From positions 104,594,001 through 104,658,000 of the forward strand of contig OX597818.1 of NCBI GenBank assembly GCA_951406725.2: a DNA stretch of 64,000 nt. The letters are read 5' to 3'. Position numbers and translations under genes: made by a program. This document shows, in pieces, positions 1-13,245 of the stretch. The stretch's first letter is position 1. Each line of letters starts with the position of its first letter. The notes below the pieces were generated by a model. That model was not told the DNA's origin, searched no databases, and was given only the letters and a program-made list of their open reading frames with translations. Origin of the DNA: Octopus vulgaris (lineage: Eukaryota).

Positions 1-2
1 AA

Positions 3-47
3 GGACCACTGATGAGGTCACAGGACTGTGACGTAAGAACTCTGGCC
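3..47 (+). ncRNA. Candidate hammerhead-like motif in a Penelope-type repeat cut by the window edge
   Basis: GGACCA-CTGATGA-G-GTCACAG(GA)CTGTGAC-GTAA-GAAC-TC-TGGCC. An alternative fold uses GGTCA/TGGCC followed by GAAA at 48-51. Upstream context is missing. Confidence 0.35.
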
Positions 48-457
48 GAAATAAGATTAAGATTAATGTAAACAATGAATAACGCTGAAGCAAAGTAACA
101 CCAAATATATAGTGCGTGTGTTTTTATTGGCTAAACTGGCAAAATGACCATTCCTAAATACAGCAATATATATATATATACAGAGAGGGAGAGAGAGTGT
201 GAGAAAAGAGAGAGTAGTGTTTCATTTCGTGTTTAGAAGGCGGTGAGATGACAGAATCGTTACCTCGCTGAAAAATAGCTTAGCAAACAGCTATTTCAAA
301 TTCGAGAAATCTTCGGAGATTAGGTGTTGTGAACTGACTTCTCTACTCCTTAGTATCTGTGAATGGGGAGCTGCTTTGCAGACGCAAGGGTGCGTTTGTG
401 TCGTAGGTAATCAGCATCGAGCAGTTCAGCTCTGCTGTTATTATATAGGTTGGTGTT

Positions 458-680
458 AAGGCGACGAGCTGGCTGAAATTGTTAGCATGCTGGGCGAAAT
501 GCTTAGCGGCATTTCGTCCGTCTTTACGTTCTCAGTTCAAACTTCACAGAGATCGATCTTGCCTTTCATCAATTCGGGATCAATAAAATAAGTACCTGTT
601 GGCCACTGGTGTAGATATAGTCGATTAGATTCCTCCTCCTCCTCCTCCAAAATTGCAGACTTCGCGCCTTTAGTAGAAAG
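458..680 (+). mobile_element. SINE family A (tRNA-derived), degenerate
   Basis: AAGGCGACGAGCTGGC head, B-box-like CAGTTCAAAC, central GCCTTTCATC..GGGATCAATAAAATAAGTACC block shared with many copies in the window. Confidence 0.8.
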
Positions 681-694
681 TTCTTTTAATCATT

Positions 695-1075
695 TACTCA
701 TTATTTGTTTGAGTCATGTTACTGTGGCCATGCTGGAGCGCCTATAGTCGAGCAAATCGACCCCAGGACTTATTCTTTGTAAGCCTAGTACTTATTATAT
801 CGTTCTCTTTTGCCGAACCGCTAGATTACGGGAGCATAAACACACCAGCATGGATTGTCAAGCGATGTTGGGGGACAAACACAGACACACAAACATACAC
901 ACACACATACATATACATATATACGACGGGCTTCTTTCAGTTTCCGTCTACCAAATCCACTCACAAGGCTTTGGTCGGCCGGAGGCTATAGTAGAAGACA
1001 CTTGCCCAAAGTTCCACTGAACAGGAACCATGTGATTGGTAAGCAAGTACTTACCACACAGCCACTCCTACGCCT
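695..1075 (-). mobile_element. SINE family B (tRNA head, CORE-like block, internal TA/TG microsatellite)
   Basis: Reverse complement of GGAGTGGCTGTGTGGTAAG...TTGGGCAAGTGTCTTCTACTATAGCC...GCTCCAGCATGGCCACAG; matches about 10 other copies. Confidence 0.9.
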
Positions 1076-1082
1076 ATATACA

Positions 1083-1214
1083 GCAGGGTTCGCCACCACA
1101 CCCTGTCGGATACGTGGAGCTTTAGGTGTTTTCGATCAATAAACACTCACAATGTCCGGTCTGCGAATCGAAACCGTGATCCTACGACCGCGAGTCCGCT
1201 GCCCTAACCACTAA
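1083..1214 (-). mobile_element. SINE family D head fragment (tRNA-Arg-like)
   Basis: Reverse complement of TAGTGGTTAGGGCAGCGGACTCGCGGTCGTAGGATCACGGTTTCGATTCGCAGACC. Confidence 0.8.
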
Positions 1215-1226
1215 GTTTATTATTAT

Positions 1227-1705
1227 TGAGTGAGAGAGCAGTGCTTGGCATAAAAGTGACTCTGGGATAAAATATACAATGCCCAGTGTACCCATCGTGC
1301 GTACCCGTCTGATAAGAGTACACCAGGCTCATGCATCACAACCATATGTGCGCGACATGACGATCTAATATCAAAATAAACAGCGCATGAACTTGCAGGT
1401 GAGACCCAATTAGAATTTTCTTCCAGTCGAGTCGCCCATCCCATTCAAAAGGTACCTGAATAAGAGTTTTTTTAAGGATGTTGAACCAAACACCCATGTT
1501 TCCAGAGTTAAATTATCCAAATCCCAAAGAACTCCTCTCACCATATGCCTATGATGCTCCCCACCCCGCCCCCACTACTTCTGCTCGTGATCAGAGATGC
1601 ACATATCGTTAGCCATTAAGGGAAATGCTCAACTTGTTAAGGCCAAACAAGTGACAAGCAAATCTTTGGCATTGAGCAGAATATTTCCTGTAGCCCAACG
1701 TTTAT
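1227..1705. mobile_element. Repeat family F (non-coding, embedded in (TTA)n)
   Basis: Colinear with 8678-9236 and 9838-10060; starts right after TTATTATTATT. Confidence 0.8.
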
Positions 1706-1799
1706 ACATTTTTCTTCTTCTTTTTCTTCTTCTTCTTCTTCTCCTTCTTCTTTTCACCCTCCTCCTCCTCGTTGTTGTTGTTGTTGTTATTATTATTAT

Positions 1800-1880
1800 T
1801 ATTCAGTAGTTTTATTTTTATAGTCTGCTTTCACTTCACTACTGTGTGAAGCTCTGTGTACCTTGGGTATGTGTTGTGAT
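1800..1880 (-). mobile_element. R4/Dong-type LINE 3'UTR fragment
   Basis: Reverse complement of the 3'UTR at 5130-5190 (cacatacccaagg..cacagagct..gtagtgaagtgaaagc); flanked by (TTA)n. Confidence 0.65.
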
Positions 1881-1892
1881 TATTATTATTAT

Positions 1893-1927
<35 letters not shown>

Positions 1928-2596
1928 AGATGGTAAGCTGGACGAGTCATTAGCACACTAGGCGGAATGCCGAACCACATTCCGTCTGCTTTTTGCATTC
2001 TGAGTTCAAATTCACCCGCGATTAAATCTTCCTTTCATCCTTTAAGGATCGATAAAAATAAGAACCAGTGAAGCACTGGGGTGGAAGTAATTTGAAACCA
2101 CCACTACCACTACTACAACTACCACCCACTGTCACCTTTACCGGCATTATCGTCATCGTCGTCGTGCTAGTCATCGCTCTCACCATTAATACTAGCCACG
2201 CCCCTCTTTAAACACTGATAAACCTTTCGATGTTTTTAATGCACAACTTAAAGCAAACCCAAGAATGGCTCTGCCATTTCAATTAACGTCATTTAATTAA
2301 CGACGTTTCATCTATTTATTTTTTTCATTCACTTTTTTATCCACTTCGACGCATCTGCTTTATTTGATCGGGAAATTCTTTCCTTGCAAGTGTCTCTTAC
2401 TCCGTCCATACAATCCCATTCTATTGTCTCCCATTCAGTTTTATTTCTTTCCTTATTTACTCTTTTATCATATTTATGTCTTTTGCATTTTTTTTTCCTA
2501 TTGAATTAAAACTTGCCTACCCTATCGCATTTCCCTAATTTCTTTCTTCTTTCCATTCCAGACTTTTCTCTTTTCTCTTTTTGCCACGAATATTAT

Positions 2597-2639
<43 letters not shown>

Positions 2640-2889
2640 TTACATATATAGGGTGAAAGATAATTAATTTAATAAAATCAACAAATTTCACCCAGTAGTA
2701 TTTCGGTATGGAAAAGGACCATATTCGATAAAAACTTATATAATTATAACAATAAGGGTTTGCAACAAGTTGCAAGACCACATACCGAAAGTTTTAGAAA
2801 TAGCAGCCAAAGGACTACTATTTCCTATATGTCTCCACAGACAACAATATTTGTAACTCACATATGGCAAATATATATATATATACATC

Positions 2890-3085
2890 AGTCGCCATCA
2901 TAGATCGTTAGCCACTACACACATTCTTTTCTCTCCATGTTTCTTCTGTGTCCCTTTCAGTAGAAGAGCGTAGGCTCGAAACGTAAAAGACTTTTTCTAT
3001 TCCTGAGCGTTATACTAATACATCTGTTTGTTTAGTACACCACCTGTCTTCGTCTTTTGTTTTTTTTTTCGTAAACTCTCACTAT
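2890..3085 (+). mobile_element. Penelope-type short repeat (family G) with hammerhead-like motif
   Basis: Homologous to 51780-51970 (minus); contains CTTT-CAGTAGA-A-GAGC(GTAG)GCTC-GAAA-CG-TA-AAAG at 2954-2989; flanked by (TA)n. Confidence 0.65.
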
Positions 3086-3499
3086 ATATATAATTTAGAG
3101 AAAAACTTCTATCAAATAAGTCAATAAAGGAAGATATTATTCACACCATCTAGAAAACATAAACTATAGTCAAGACTATTGAAAAGGTTACAAGACACAA
3201 CGAAAATTTTAGGAAAATAAAAATAAGAAATAAGTGGAAATTTTACCAGTGAGTGTGTTAAATTATAAGGCACGACAAGAAAATGTTAGGGCATTTTGTA
3301 TTTTTCACCTGAATTAATATAGTAAGTAAGTAACAAGAATGGTGAAACGCTACCATAATTTATTATATATAAACTGAGAATGATCTGCAGTAAAACGCAA
3401 CTTCGCTGCTGACGGAAGGAAAATCACCAAAAAGGAATTCTAGATATTTTAAATATATTTTTAATTTGTTCATACTTTGCATCTCATATGTTGTAAGTT

Positions 3500-3990
3500 T
3501 ATTAAGTATGTTTGTCATGGGAGGAGAAGGTTAGTTACGGTTATTATTCGAAGATCTTCTTAAGGTAGTGAGTTGGGCGTTTTTGATGCTCAATTAGAAT
3601 GTCTGCATGATAAGCATAGGTGGGTAAGTAATGATAGAGGGGAGTAGTTCTGGAGAGAAAATAACTGGACGAAGAGTTTAAATCAGAAGATGGAGATTAA
3701 ACAGACTAATGGTTCGAGTAGTCCTTAATAAAAATCGTATGCAGTTAGCTAATAGCTCTAAGGTGCGTATGGAGGCAATAATTTAAGAGCTATCTCTATT
3801 GAATTGTAAGAACATTTCCAGAGATAAGATGTTAAAGAAATGATTCAACGCAAAAATTCTCAAAACGTTAATACTATAAGTAAGGTTAAGTATCTACTTC
3901 AGTTAGTACTTGAAATTATGTTGTGGTTTCCACTTGATTTTGACTTGTATTTAAGGTAATAATAGCGCTTTCCTTCTTCACAGCTGTCAG
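3500..3990 (-). mobile_element. Highly decayed CR1/L2-like LINE 3' end
   Basis: Broken minus-strand translation resembles LINE ORF2 C-terminus (..IMQTF*LSIKNAQL); many stops. Confidence 0.35.
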
Positions 3991-4769
3991 CAGGCTCACA
4001 TTAAAAGCATCATGACTGTTAATCAATCCCATTTTATCTCCTCTCTAATCTGAGAGCCCAAAGCCACACGTATTTGTTCCTCGGTTCAAACAAGTTTGCT
4101 TTCTTTACGCCTATAATAACATTGAGAAAAAAAAGTGCTGATTGCACATTCTTATTCTCATCTCTTATAAATAATCCCTGGTCTTGTGCCAAAATAACAA
4201 ATCAATATTAGCTGATATACATTTGTTGTCAAATATAATTTGAAACTTGTAGAATATGATAGCTTCTTCCACGATTACAGTCTACTAATACAAACACACA
4301 CAATTATTTTTACTTTACTATTTTACAGTACTGAAAGATCCAATTATCGAAAGGCGGTAAAGATAAAAAATCAATATATTGATCGATCAGATCGAAAAGT
4401 CTACCATTTCTGGCACCCTAATATTTCGTTAGATCAAGATTACTATCTATTGATCTTACTTTAAGGACATTTTGAATGAAATACCGGTGACATTTATCCG
4501 GTGTGACGCAAAAGCTTTGTAATGACTGTCTTCAGTAGAAACCGTACATTTATATTTTGTTTTCTTCCAAGGGACAATTTCTCTATATTTTCATATAAAT
4601 CAGACTGATTAAAAGACTGATGTCCAATATGGTAAACTATATCACAAAGCATATACATATTTCATATTGATATGAGAGTAGTGAAGATAAGATAGCATTG
4701 AATTATTAGTATATTTTATAGGATATTTTTGTGAAAATGTAGAAGAAATGTTATATGTATGTACACCCA

Positions 4770-5190
4770 AACTATCGAACTACAACCGACTGGGTCATGC
4801 TTATTGAAATTCACAACGAGATCGAGAAAAGCAATCCTGATTTAATAATGAAGGACCAGACGCGGGGTGGGGTATCATGCATGCTGATGACAACGTGTCT
4901 CTAAAAGAAATGGATACCTGGAAATAGAGGTAACTCGAATGTGGAATCTAAATACAGAAACAATCCCTATCATAGCAGGCGCATAGTAGGCGCATAATAT
5001 TCAGACAAATACATAACAAAAACACCAGGACTTACAAACACATATAACATACAGAAAATTGCACTACTGGGCACTGCCCACATCCTACGCAAAACACTTT
5101 CAATACAGTAACCATCAGAGCATCACAACAAACCACAGCACATACCCAAGGCACACAGAGCTGCGCTCGGTAGTGAAGTGAAAGCTGATT
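4770..5190 (+). mobile_element. R4/Dong-clade non-LTR retrotransposon 3' fragment (REL endonuclease end + 3'UTR)
   Basis: Translation EIEVTRMWNLNTETIPIIAGA...TPGLTNTYNIQKIALLGTAHILRKTLSIQ*, the typical end of R4-clade ORFs. Confidence 0.8.
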
Positions 5191-5699
5191 TTGCTATTCT
5201 TTCTGACCTAAATATTGTATGAAAGGAAGTTGATAAACTGTCAAAAGAAAAGAATCTCGGGACTGAAAGTAACAGAATGCGGAGAAAGTAAAAATAGTGT
5301 CATAACAATTATGTCACTAGATATATTAAAAACAAGGCTTGCTAGCCATTCTGGAATGCAAAATTAAAAACTGGTCAGAAAATAGCTAAATACTTGTCAT
5401 GAATATCATGGCGTAAAATACTTTCAATTCAATATCACACCACAGTAGTATACTCTTTGCACATGTCCAACACATTAATCGCCCAGTTAAATAAGACAAC
5501 CCATGCAACGCAATAATCATCCCACAAAGAAACACAACGCATTCTCTTACTCGTTCTCCTTACACTATAACACCCAAGTTCCCACAACTCACATTGCACT
5601 CAGTTGTAATTCATTGTGCCTCGGATATGCACTCATTCTACAAAATCAGCACCTGATACCGAAGCAGGCTACATCAGAACACAATTCTTGTGAATCATA

Positions 5700-7300
5700 T
5701 TCACCACTCAACAAGACGGGGTGAAGAGCGATCCCTGAGAACCCGGTCGCTCGTTCTTAGACTCAACTGCTAGGTTACTAGTGTGGACTTCCCACAGACC
5801 ACATTGACAGGCAGGAAGAAGACAGTCAGTTCTTTGCAATATTTCAAGCGCCAGACACCCAGTTTCGGCCTGTGACTGATCCCTGTTAAAAAAACAAGTT
5901 GTGAGAAACTGTACTTGAAAACTAATGACTACATCTGCTTATTCTCAATGAATATCTGCATATGTTTCAGATACAGCGACTGTCTCTACATTATATGTCA
6001 GTGATGGTTTATCGAACTCTCCATGCAGAAGATGGTGGTAAGAGATAGGCCTTCTTACTTGGCAACGTAAAACCCTTTATAGAATATGTGAAACAGCGAA
6101 CACTCCAACCTCATCAGACACAACCTGGGCAAAGCACTTTCGCAGACAATAATAAATTATTGGTGCAGGGGGTCACCACTATATTCTTACTTCTCAGTAA
6201 GAATTTCCACTCAGAACATTTATTTGGAATCACACCTCAAGCACAATCACTAGACTGTCGATCAAAGGCAAATGACACTGCTACCTCGCCACGTGTCGTG
6301 TTGCAAGTCCACCGATTTGTCCCCATTAATGATTATCCCTGCTACAACTTCATATTCCTTCGGGATTTTACCAAACAGCTTTTACTATGAGTGCAACACC
6401 AAGATGATACCACAGTTGGCATATGCAGACTGGGCTTCCCTGAATTCTGACACTTTCCACAGTAACTAAGAGCAAAAACGATGGGAAAAGATAGGAGAAA
6501 TCACACCTGAAGACAGAACACAGGAATCCCAACTACATCATGTAAGTGAATATTCCCTGTCATCGCAGGGAAGAAAAGTTACTGTACAATGTTGCGATCC
6601 ATACCCTGATGAACGAAATGGGTTGTGTAGGTACAACTGTCAGGTATTAATGGTTGACTTTTCAGTGGAATCCACTAAAGCTATGTGTATAAATATTACA
6701 CCCTATGGCCCGAGAATAGTATTCGTAACAAGCTCCTGCAGAGCACCCTCGTTCGAATATTTACCTCATGGCCCAGCAAAGTTTTGGATCTGAAATTGTT
6801 TAATACTTGTTTATTTTTGGCATCTTTCCTCCTCACTACTTTCGAAATCAGTACCATTTTCCAGATGACAATACTGGAAAACTTCTCCTTCTGTTACTAG
6901 TTCCTCATATACCTCTGTCAAAAAATGGTTGAAGAATCTCAGTTACTCTAATATAGTAAAGAAAATCATGAAGTCTTAGTGTCTTTATTTCGCAGGATGA
7001 AACGGACTGTCCGTTATTTTAGAAGCAGAAATAAGATTTTCGCATTACTTTTCCATTTCCTACAGAAATTGTAATGGACAGTCAAGGTCTGTATCGAAGA
7101 CTACTATCTCCGGTTATTTTGCCAACTGCACTGATGTAGTGCATCTGCAATGTCTGTAAAGAAACCACACACGAATGCATGGCATTGAGGATCATACACC
7201 CTCTATGACCACGAAGTGGCCTGCAGTTCAGCACCATCGAACGACTTAGTATCCTCGTAACTTAGCACCCGAGAACCCGAAAGCGGTATTTTTTGTACTC
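5700..7300 (+). mobile_element. Very decayed Gypsy-like LTR retrotransposon internal region
   Basis: Fragmentary similarity in gag-end, protease (TLYVSD..) and integrase order; no intact motif or LTR pair found. Confidence 0.3.
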
Positions 7301-7436
7301 TTCTAAATTTACTTTCAATTCTCTTTCTTGTTTCATGTTTTCTGATGCTAATTATTTGCTGTATCATCCCGATTCGCCCCCAATTTTTCTGTTCAAACCC
7401 ACACTACAACCGTCACTTTACACTTAATGTGTTTGC

Positions 7437-7916
7437 TAGATTGGTACCTGCAAACTTTCATCCGCATAAACGGCGCATTTAGCTTCCATAACCAGGACCC
7501 TACAGGCTCAAAACTTAGCAAACCACCCCAAAATTCCTATCCGTTGCCTTAACAGATATGTGTTTCTTTATTACCCACAAGAGGCTAAACATAGAGGGGA
7601 CAAACAAGGACAGACAAACAGATTAAGTTGATTATATCGACCCCAGTGCGTAACTGGTACTTAATTTATCGACCCCGAAAGGATGAAAGGCAAAGTCGAC
7701 CTCGGCGGAATTTGAACTCAGAACGCAACTGCAGACGAAATACGGCTACGCATTTCGACCGGCGTGCTAACGATTCTGCCAGCTCGCCGCCATAGATCGG
7801 TACCTGCAAACTTTCATCCGCATAAACGACGCATTTAGCTTCCATAACCAGGACCCTACAGGCTCAATACTTAGCAAACCACCCTAAAATTTCTATCCGT
7901 TGCTTTAACAGATATG
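7437..7916. repeat. 124-bp direct repeat (7437-7560 / 7793-7916) flanking a SINE-A copy
   Basis: Two copies of tagat(t/c)ggtacctgc...aacagatatg differing at 6 positions, abutting the SINE ends. Confidence 0.9.
7563..7790 (-). mobile_element. SINE family A
   Basis: Near-consensus copy: GGCGGCGAGCTGGCAGAATCGTTAGCACG...GAGTTCAAATTCCGCCGAGGTCGACTTTGCCTTTCATCCTTTCGGGGTCGATAAATTAAGTACCAG. Confidence 0.92.
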
Positions 7917-8430
7917 GTGATTGATTTATTTTTTCTGGGGTGACCGTGTTTTGTTTTTTTTTGCTAATACTTTTAATGTTTGGAGTTAACATGCATACAA
8001 GCCCTTTAATAGATAGCATTCTTGACTCATTTATTCTTCTCCGGTAACTCTTCTACTCTTGATCTGTCTATCATCACACTCTTCACGTCTTTGATAACGG
8101 TTGTTGACACTATCATTGTTATAGTTTTCTTTGCTTCTTGTTCTGTTGTTATTTGCTAATTGTTTTCTCCCGTTAAATTTTCAACTAGTCAGCGTATTCA
8201 CCACATTGTCGAGTGAAACAAAGAAATTACTTACACTTTTACTTACACAGACGCAGCTGAACTGCAAAACTATTAACAACTATTCAATCTAACAAGTGTC
8301 TGATTGAGAAAAAAAACAGCAATAATTTAGACAAATTTACGAAGATGCAAAATTTATGACAGTCGGAAAACAACAAAAGCAATATCGAGAACATTAGTAA
8401 GGACCAATTATTATTATTATTATTATTATT

Positions 8431-8467
<37 letters not shown>

Positions 8468-8677
8468 TTGTTGTTGTTGTTGTTGTTGTTGCTGCTGCTT
8501 TTGCTGTTGTTGTTGTTGTTGTTGTTATTATTATTATTATTGCTGCTGTTGTTATTCTTTTGAGGTCGATAAATTAAATACCAATGAAACGCTGGGGTCG
8601 ATGTAATCGACTAATCTCCCCCATCAAAATTTCAGGCTTTGTGCCTATAGTAGAAAGGATTATTATTATTATTATTA

Positions 8678-9236
8678 TTGAGTGAGAGAGCAGTGCATGC
8701 CATCAAAATGACACTGGGGTAAAATATACGAAGCCCAGTGTACCCATCATGAAAACCCGTCTGATAAGGGTACACCAGGCACATGCATCGCAACCATGTG
8801 TGCGCGACATGTTGATCTTGTATCAAGATAAACAGCACATGAAATTGCAGGTGAGGCCCAGTTAGAATTTTCTTCAGGTTGAGTAGATCATCCCGTTCAA
8901 AAGGTCCCTAAATATAGGTTGTTTAAGGATGTTGAACAAACCACCCATGTTTCCAGAGGTGAATCATTCAAACCCCAAAGAATCCCTCTCAACACGTGGC
9001 TATGATGCTCCCCCACTACTTCTGCTCATGATCAGAGATTTACATATCGTCAGCCACTAAGGGACATGCTCAACTGGTTACGGTCAAACATCTGACAAGC
9101 AAATCTGAAGTATTGAGCAGAATATTTGCTGGAGCCCATCTTTTATACCAAGACAAAACAGTGTACATGATAACACTTCCAATCAGTTAAGATCAGAAGC
9201 CATGAGAGCCACTGTTTTGTACTGCATCAGGGAATT
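8678..9236. mobile_element. Repeat family F, full-length (~560 bp), between (TTA)n and (TCA)n
   Basis: Colinear with 1227-1705 and 9838-10060; no ORF. Confidence 0.85.
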
Positions 9237-9419
9237 TATCATCGTCATCATCATCATCATCATCATCGTCGACATCATCATCATCATCATCATCATCATT
9301 ATCATCATCATCATCAGCAACATCATTATTATGATTATTACCTTAGCAGGAATATCTTGTCTTGAAGTTTGAGGAAAACAACTAATTTCAAATTTCTAGA
9401 ATATTTCTTAGAAGTCTTG

Positions 9420-9790
9420 ATTAATGTAAAAGGTACTTTAAAGCAAAACATGTCTCAATTCCAATATTTTTCAGTCTCTTAGATCGAAATTTTGGTGTTG
9501 AGCCAAATGCACCAATTACTACTGGATCATTTCTTACATTTGTCTTCCACAATCTCTTTAACTCTCTGGCTAGGTTCAGATGTTTCTCAATTTTCTCACT
9601 TTTTGTATTGCAATTTATTTGGTATTCTTTTGATTTTACACTGTTGGATCCTTCGCTACAATCATACCTAGTTTTCATGCTTCAACAACACGGTCAGTCC
9701 TTATGGAAAAATCCCATAGAAACCTGTAATAATTATTTGCCTACGTAGCTTCTGGCTCGTGTTCATACTCCATTTGTGCCACTTTGAATT
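9420..9790 (-). mobile_element. R4/Dong-clade REL endonuclease fragment
   Basis: ORF 9421-9678: EKIEKHLNLARELKRLWK..PVVIGAFG. Confidence 0.75.
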
Positions 9791-9837
9791 TACACACTCA
9801 ACCAACATCACTTTTTACTGATACATTCATCTCTGTT

Positions 9838-10060
9838 CTATGATGCTCCCCCACTACTTCTGCTCGTGGTCAGAGATACACATATCGTCAGCCACTAAGG
9901 GACTGATTAAGGTCAAACAACTGACAAGAAAATCTGTGGTATTGAGCAGAATATTTGCTGTAGCCCATCTTTTATACCAAGACAAAACAATGTAAATGAT
10001 AACACTTCCAATCAAAGATCAGAAACCACGATAGCCACTGCTTGGTGCTGCATCAGGGCA
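9838..10060. mobile_element. Repeat family F, partial
   Basis: Matches 9000-9236; ends in GGGCA followed by a long (TTA)n. Confidence 0.8.
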
Positions 10061-10063
10061 TAT

Positions 10064-10155
<92 letters not shown>

Positions 10156-10157
<2 letters not shown>

Positions 10158-10600
10158 TATGTTTGACTTTTGCTTTATATTTGTACAAGTTGGCTCCAAG
10201 TCTCACCCAGAGACCTCAAGAGACAACAGGTTGGAAGTTCATGTTGTTGTTATGCCTAGTGTGCCATATATTTGGGGTTTTTTTTGGTGGTGTACTAGTG
10301 AATGTCTAAAAAAATAACGAAAATTATGTTTGTTTTAAACCCTGAGATTACATAGAAAGTATTTTACGTAGGATATGAGCAGTTCCCATGGGCACTATCT
10401 TTTGAATTTCTACCATTTTGGGGTTTCCGGGGTTTCCTGGAGTTTTCTGGTATCTGAGTTAGGTAACAATCAGCCCCTTTCGCTATGATTCCCAGGGCAC
10501 CTATGACAACAGGTATTGTTTTAGTCTTCAGGTATTGTTTTAGTCTTCAGGTGCTGATTTCTATTTCAAGATCTTTATATTTGCTCAGTTTTTTGGTCGG
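10156..10600 (-). mobile_element. R4/Dong-clade LINE 3' end terminating in (TAA)n
   Basis: Minus translation KYKDLEIEIS..KTIPVVIGALGIIAKG..EIQKIVPMGTAHILRKILSM*, then 3'UTR joined to the (TAA)n tract at 10062-10155. Confidence 0.8.
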
Positions 10601-10642
10601 TCTTGACAGATACGTTTATATCGATTGGGACAGTCATATCAA

Positions 10643-10679
<37 letters not shown>

Positions 10680-11159
10680 GTTATTATTGCGGAGAGCCGG
10701 CGGAATGGTTACCTCGCTGGAAAAAACACGTGGCGGCATTTCTTTCTACTTTAAGTCTCTTAGCTCAAAGGTCGCTGAGCTTGTGATTATTATTATGTCG
10801 ATCGTTTCTTTGATTATCACAAATGCGATTGATTGGAGACACTAAAAGAAGAAAAACCAAAAACAAAAACAACGAACCACGTTTGACATTGTGTATGTAT
10901 TTGCTTACAAGTGTATAACAATCAAGTCTGATTTGTTACTTGGAGACGAGACCAGAGATTGATCACAGATGGGAATGGGTGTGTGTGCGATAATCACACC
11001 TTTCTGAATGTTATTAAAGGCATAAAGGAAGTAAACTTGCTTAACACCGAGAATCAAGTCTGTTATTATATTGCGCACTCTGCTCACCGGAAATTTAATA
11101 CCACTCGTTCTACAGCGTTCACTTTTGCATCAGTTACGTATTTCCCTGTTTTATATATA

Positions 11160-11690
<531 letters not shown>

Positions 11691-11947
11691 AGAGAAAGAG
11701 ATGGGGAGAAGTTGCGAGGGGAATGGATGGGATGAGAATATTTGATATTGATGTCTTTATTAAAGTGTGTCTAGAGTAAACAGCAGCGAAAAGAAATTAA
11801 TGTTATATGATTCTGAAACAAACTGCAAACTACGAGCAATCTGAAACCATGTTTCCATTTCAGACCATTTGCGGCAATTTGACTTGTCTCTAGTGTCAGT
11901 GTCATTGGCGAATCTCTTTTAGAATTACTATTTAAAGGGGTTCGTTT

Positions 11948-12347
11948 TTCTTTTCTACTCTAGGTACAAAGCCCGAAATTTTGTGGGAAGGGGCCTGTCG
12001 ATTAGATCGGCCCCGGTACGCAACTGGTGCTTAAATTATTGACCCCGAAAGGATGAAAGGTGAAGTCGACCTCGGCGGAATATGAACTCAGAAAGTAAAG
12101 ACAGACGAAATACCTATTTCTTTACTGCCCATAAGGGGCTAAACACAGAGAACAAACAAGGACATACATAGGGATTAAGTCGATTATATCGACCCCACTG
12201 CGTAACTGGTACTTATTTAATCGACCCCTGAAAGGATGAAAGGCAAAGTCGACCTCAGTGGAATTTGAACTCAGATTGTAGCGGCAGACGAAATACCACT
12301 AAACATTTCGTCCGGCATGCTAACGTTTCCGCCAGCTCGCCGCCTTA
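11948..12347 (-). mobile_element. SINE family A, one head + two body units
   Basis: Two copies of the GACCCCGAAAGGATGAAAGG..GAACTCAG block; approximate TSD aag(g/a)ggttcg(t/g)ttttc. Confidence 0.9.
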
Positions 12348-12386
12348 AGAGGTTCGGTTTTCGAAATAACAGATGTACTATTACAG

Positions 12387-12772
12387 GCGCACGCGTGGCC
12401 CTGTGATAAGAAACTTGCTTCCCAACTATATGGTTCTGGGTTCAGTCACACTACGTGGACCCTTGGGCAAATGTATCCTGTTAAAGCTTCGGGCCGACCA
12501 AACAAAGCCTTGCGAGTGGATTTGGTAGACGGAAATTGAAAGAAGCCCGTCGTATATATATTTATGTGTGTGTGTGCATGCTTGTGTGTGTATGTGTGTG
12601 TGTTTGTCCCCCTGTCATCGCTTGACAACCGATATTGGAATGTTTGGCAAAAGAGACTGATAGAATAAGTACTAGGATTACAAAGAATAAGTCCCAGGGT
12701 CGATTCTTTCGGATAGAGGTGGTGCTGCAGCATGGCCGTAGTCAAAGACTGAAACAAGCAAATGAGTAACAA
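12387..12772 (+). mobile_element. SINE family B (CTTCCCAA subfamily)
   Basis: Head, CORE-like CCTTGGGCAAATGT block and GGTGCTGCAGCATGGCCG tail. Confidence 0.85.
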
Positions 12773-12774
12773 AG

Positions 12775-13245
12775 ACCACCTTCGGTCATGAAGGACCATG
12801 TCATTGCACCTAGAAAGTTCCCCTCCGAGGCACCTGACCGGCAGTCGCCCATTCATACCAGCCTCCCCTTTCCACGCCAATGATGTTATCCAAGGGAAAG
12901 GCAAAGGGGCCGATACAGCTTGGCACCAGTGACGTCACAACTCATCTCTGAAGCTGAGTGAACTATGGCAACGTAAAATAAAGTGTCTTGTTGATGAACA
13001 GAACATACAGCCCGGTCCGGGAATCGAACTCACTACCTCATTATTTTGAGCCCAGTGCTCTAACCACCGAGTCGCGCGGTTTCCCGCATCCGGTGGCGTA
13101 TATATTCTCTCCCTGGACGGGACGCTACTCTGCTGCAGGATTACTCACCTTCGCCGCCTGAATAGACTACAGCAACGTTGAAATGAAGTGCTTGACTCAA
13201 GTAAACCATCCATAGCCCTGTCCGGGAATCGCAACCACAATCTTA
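12775..13245 (-). mobile_element. Two adjacent SINE family E copies
   Basis: Heads with GTTCGATTCCCGGAC; one tail matches 53232-53400, the other matches the family D tail at 17500-17590. Confidence 0.7.
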
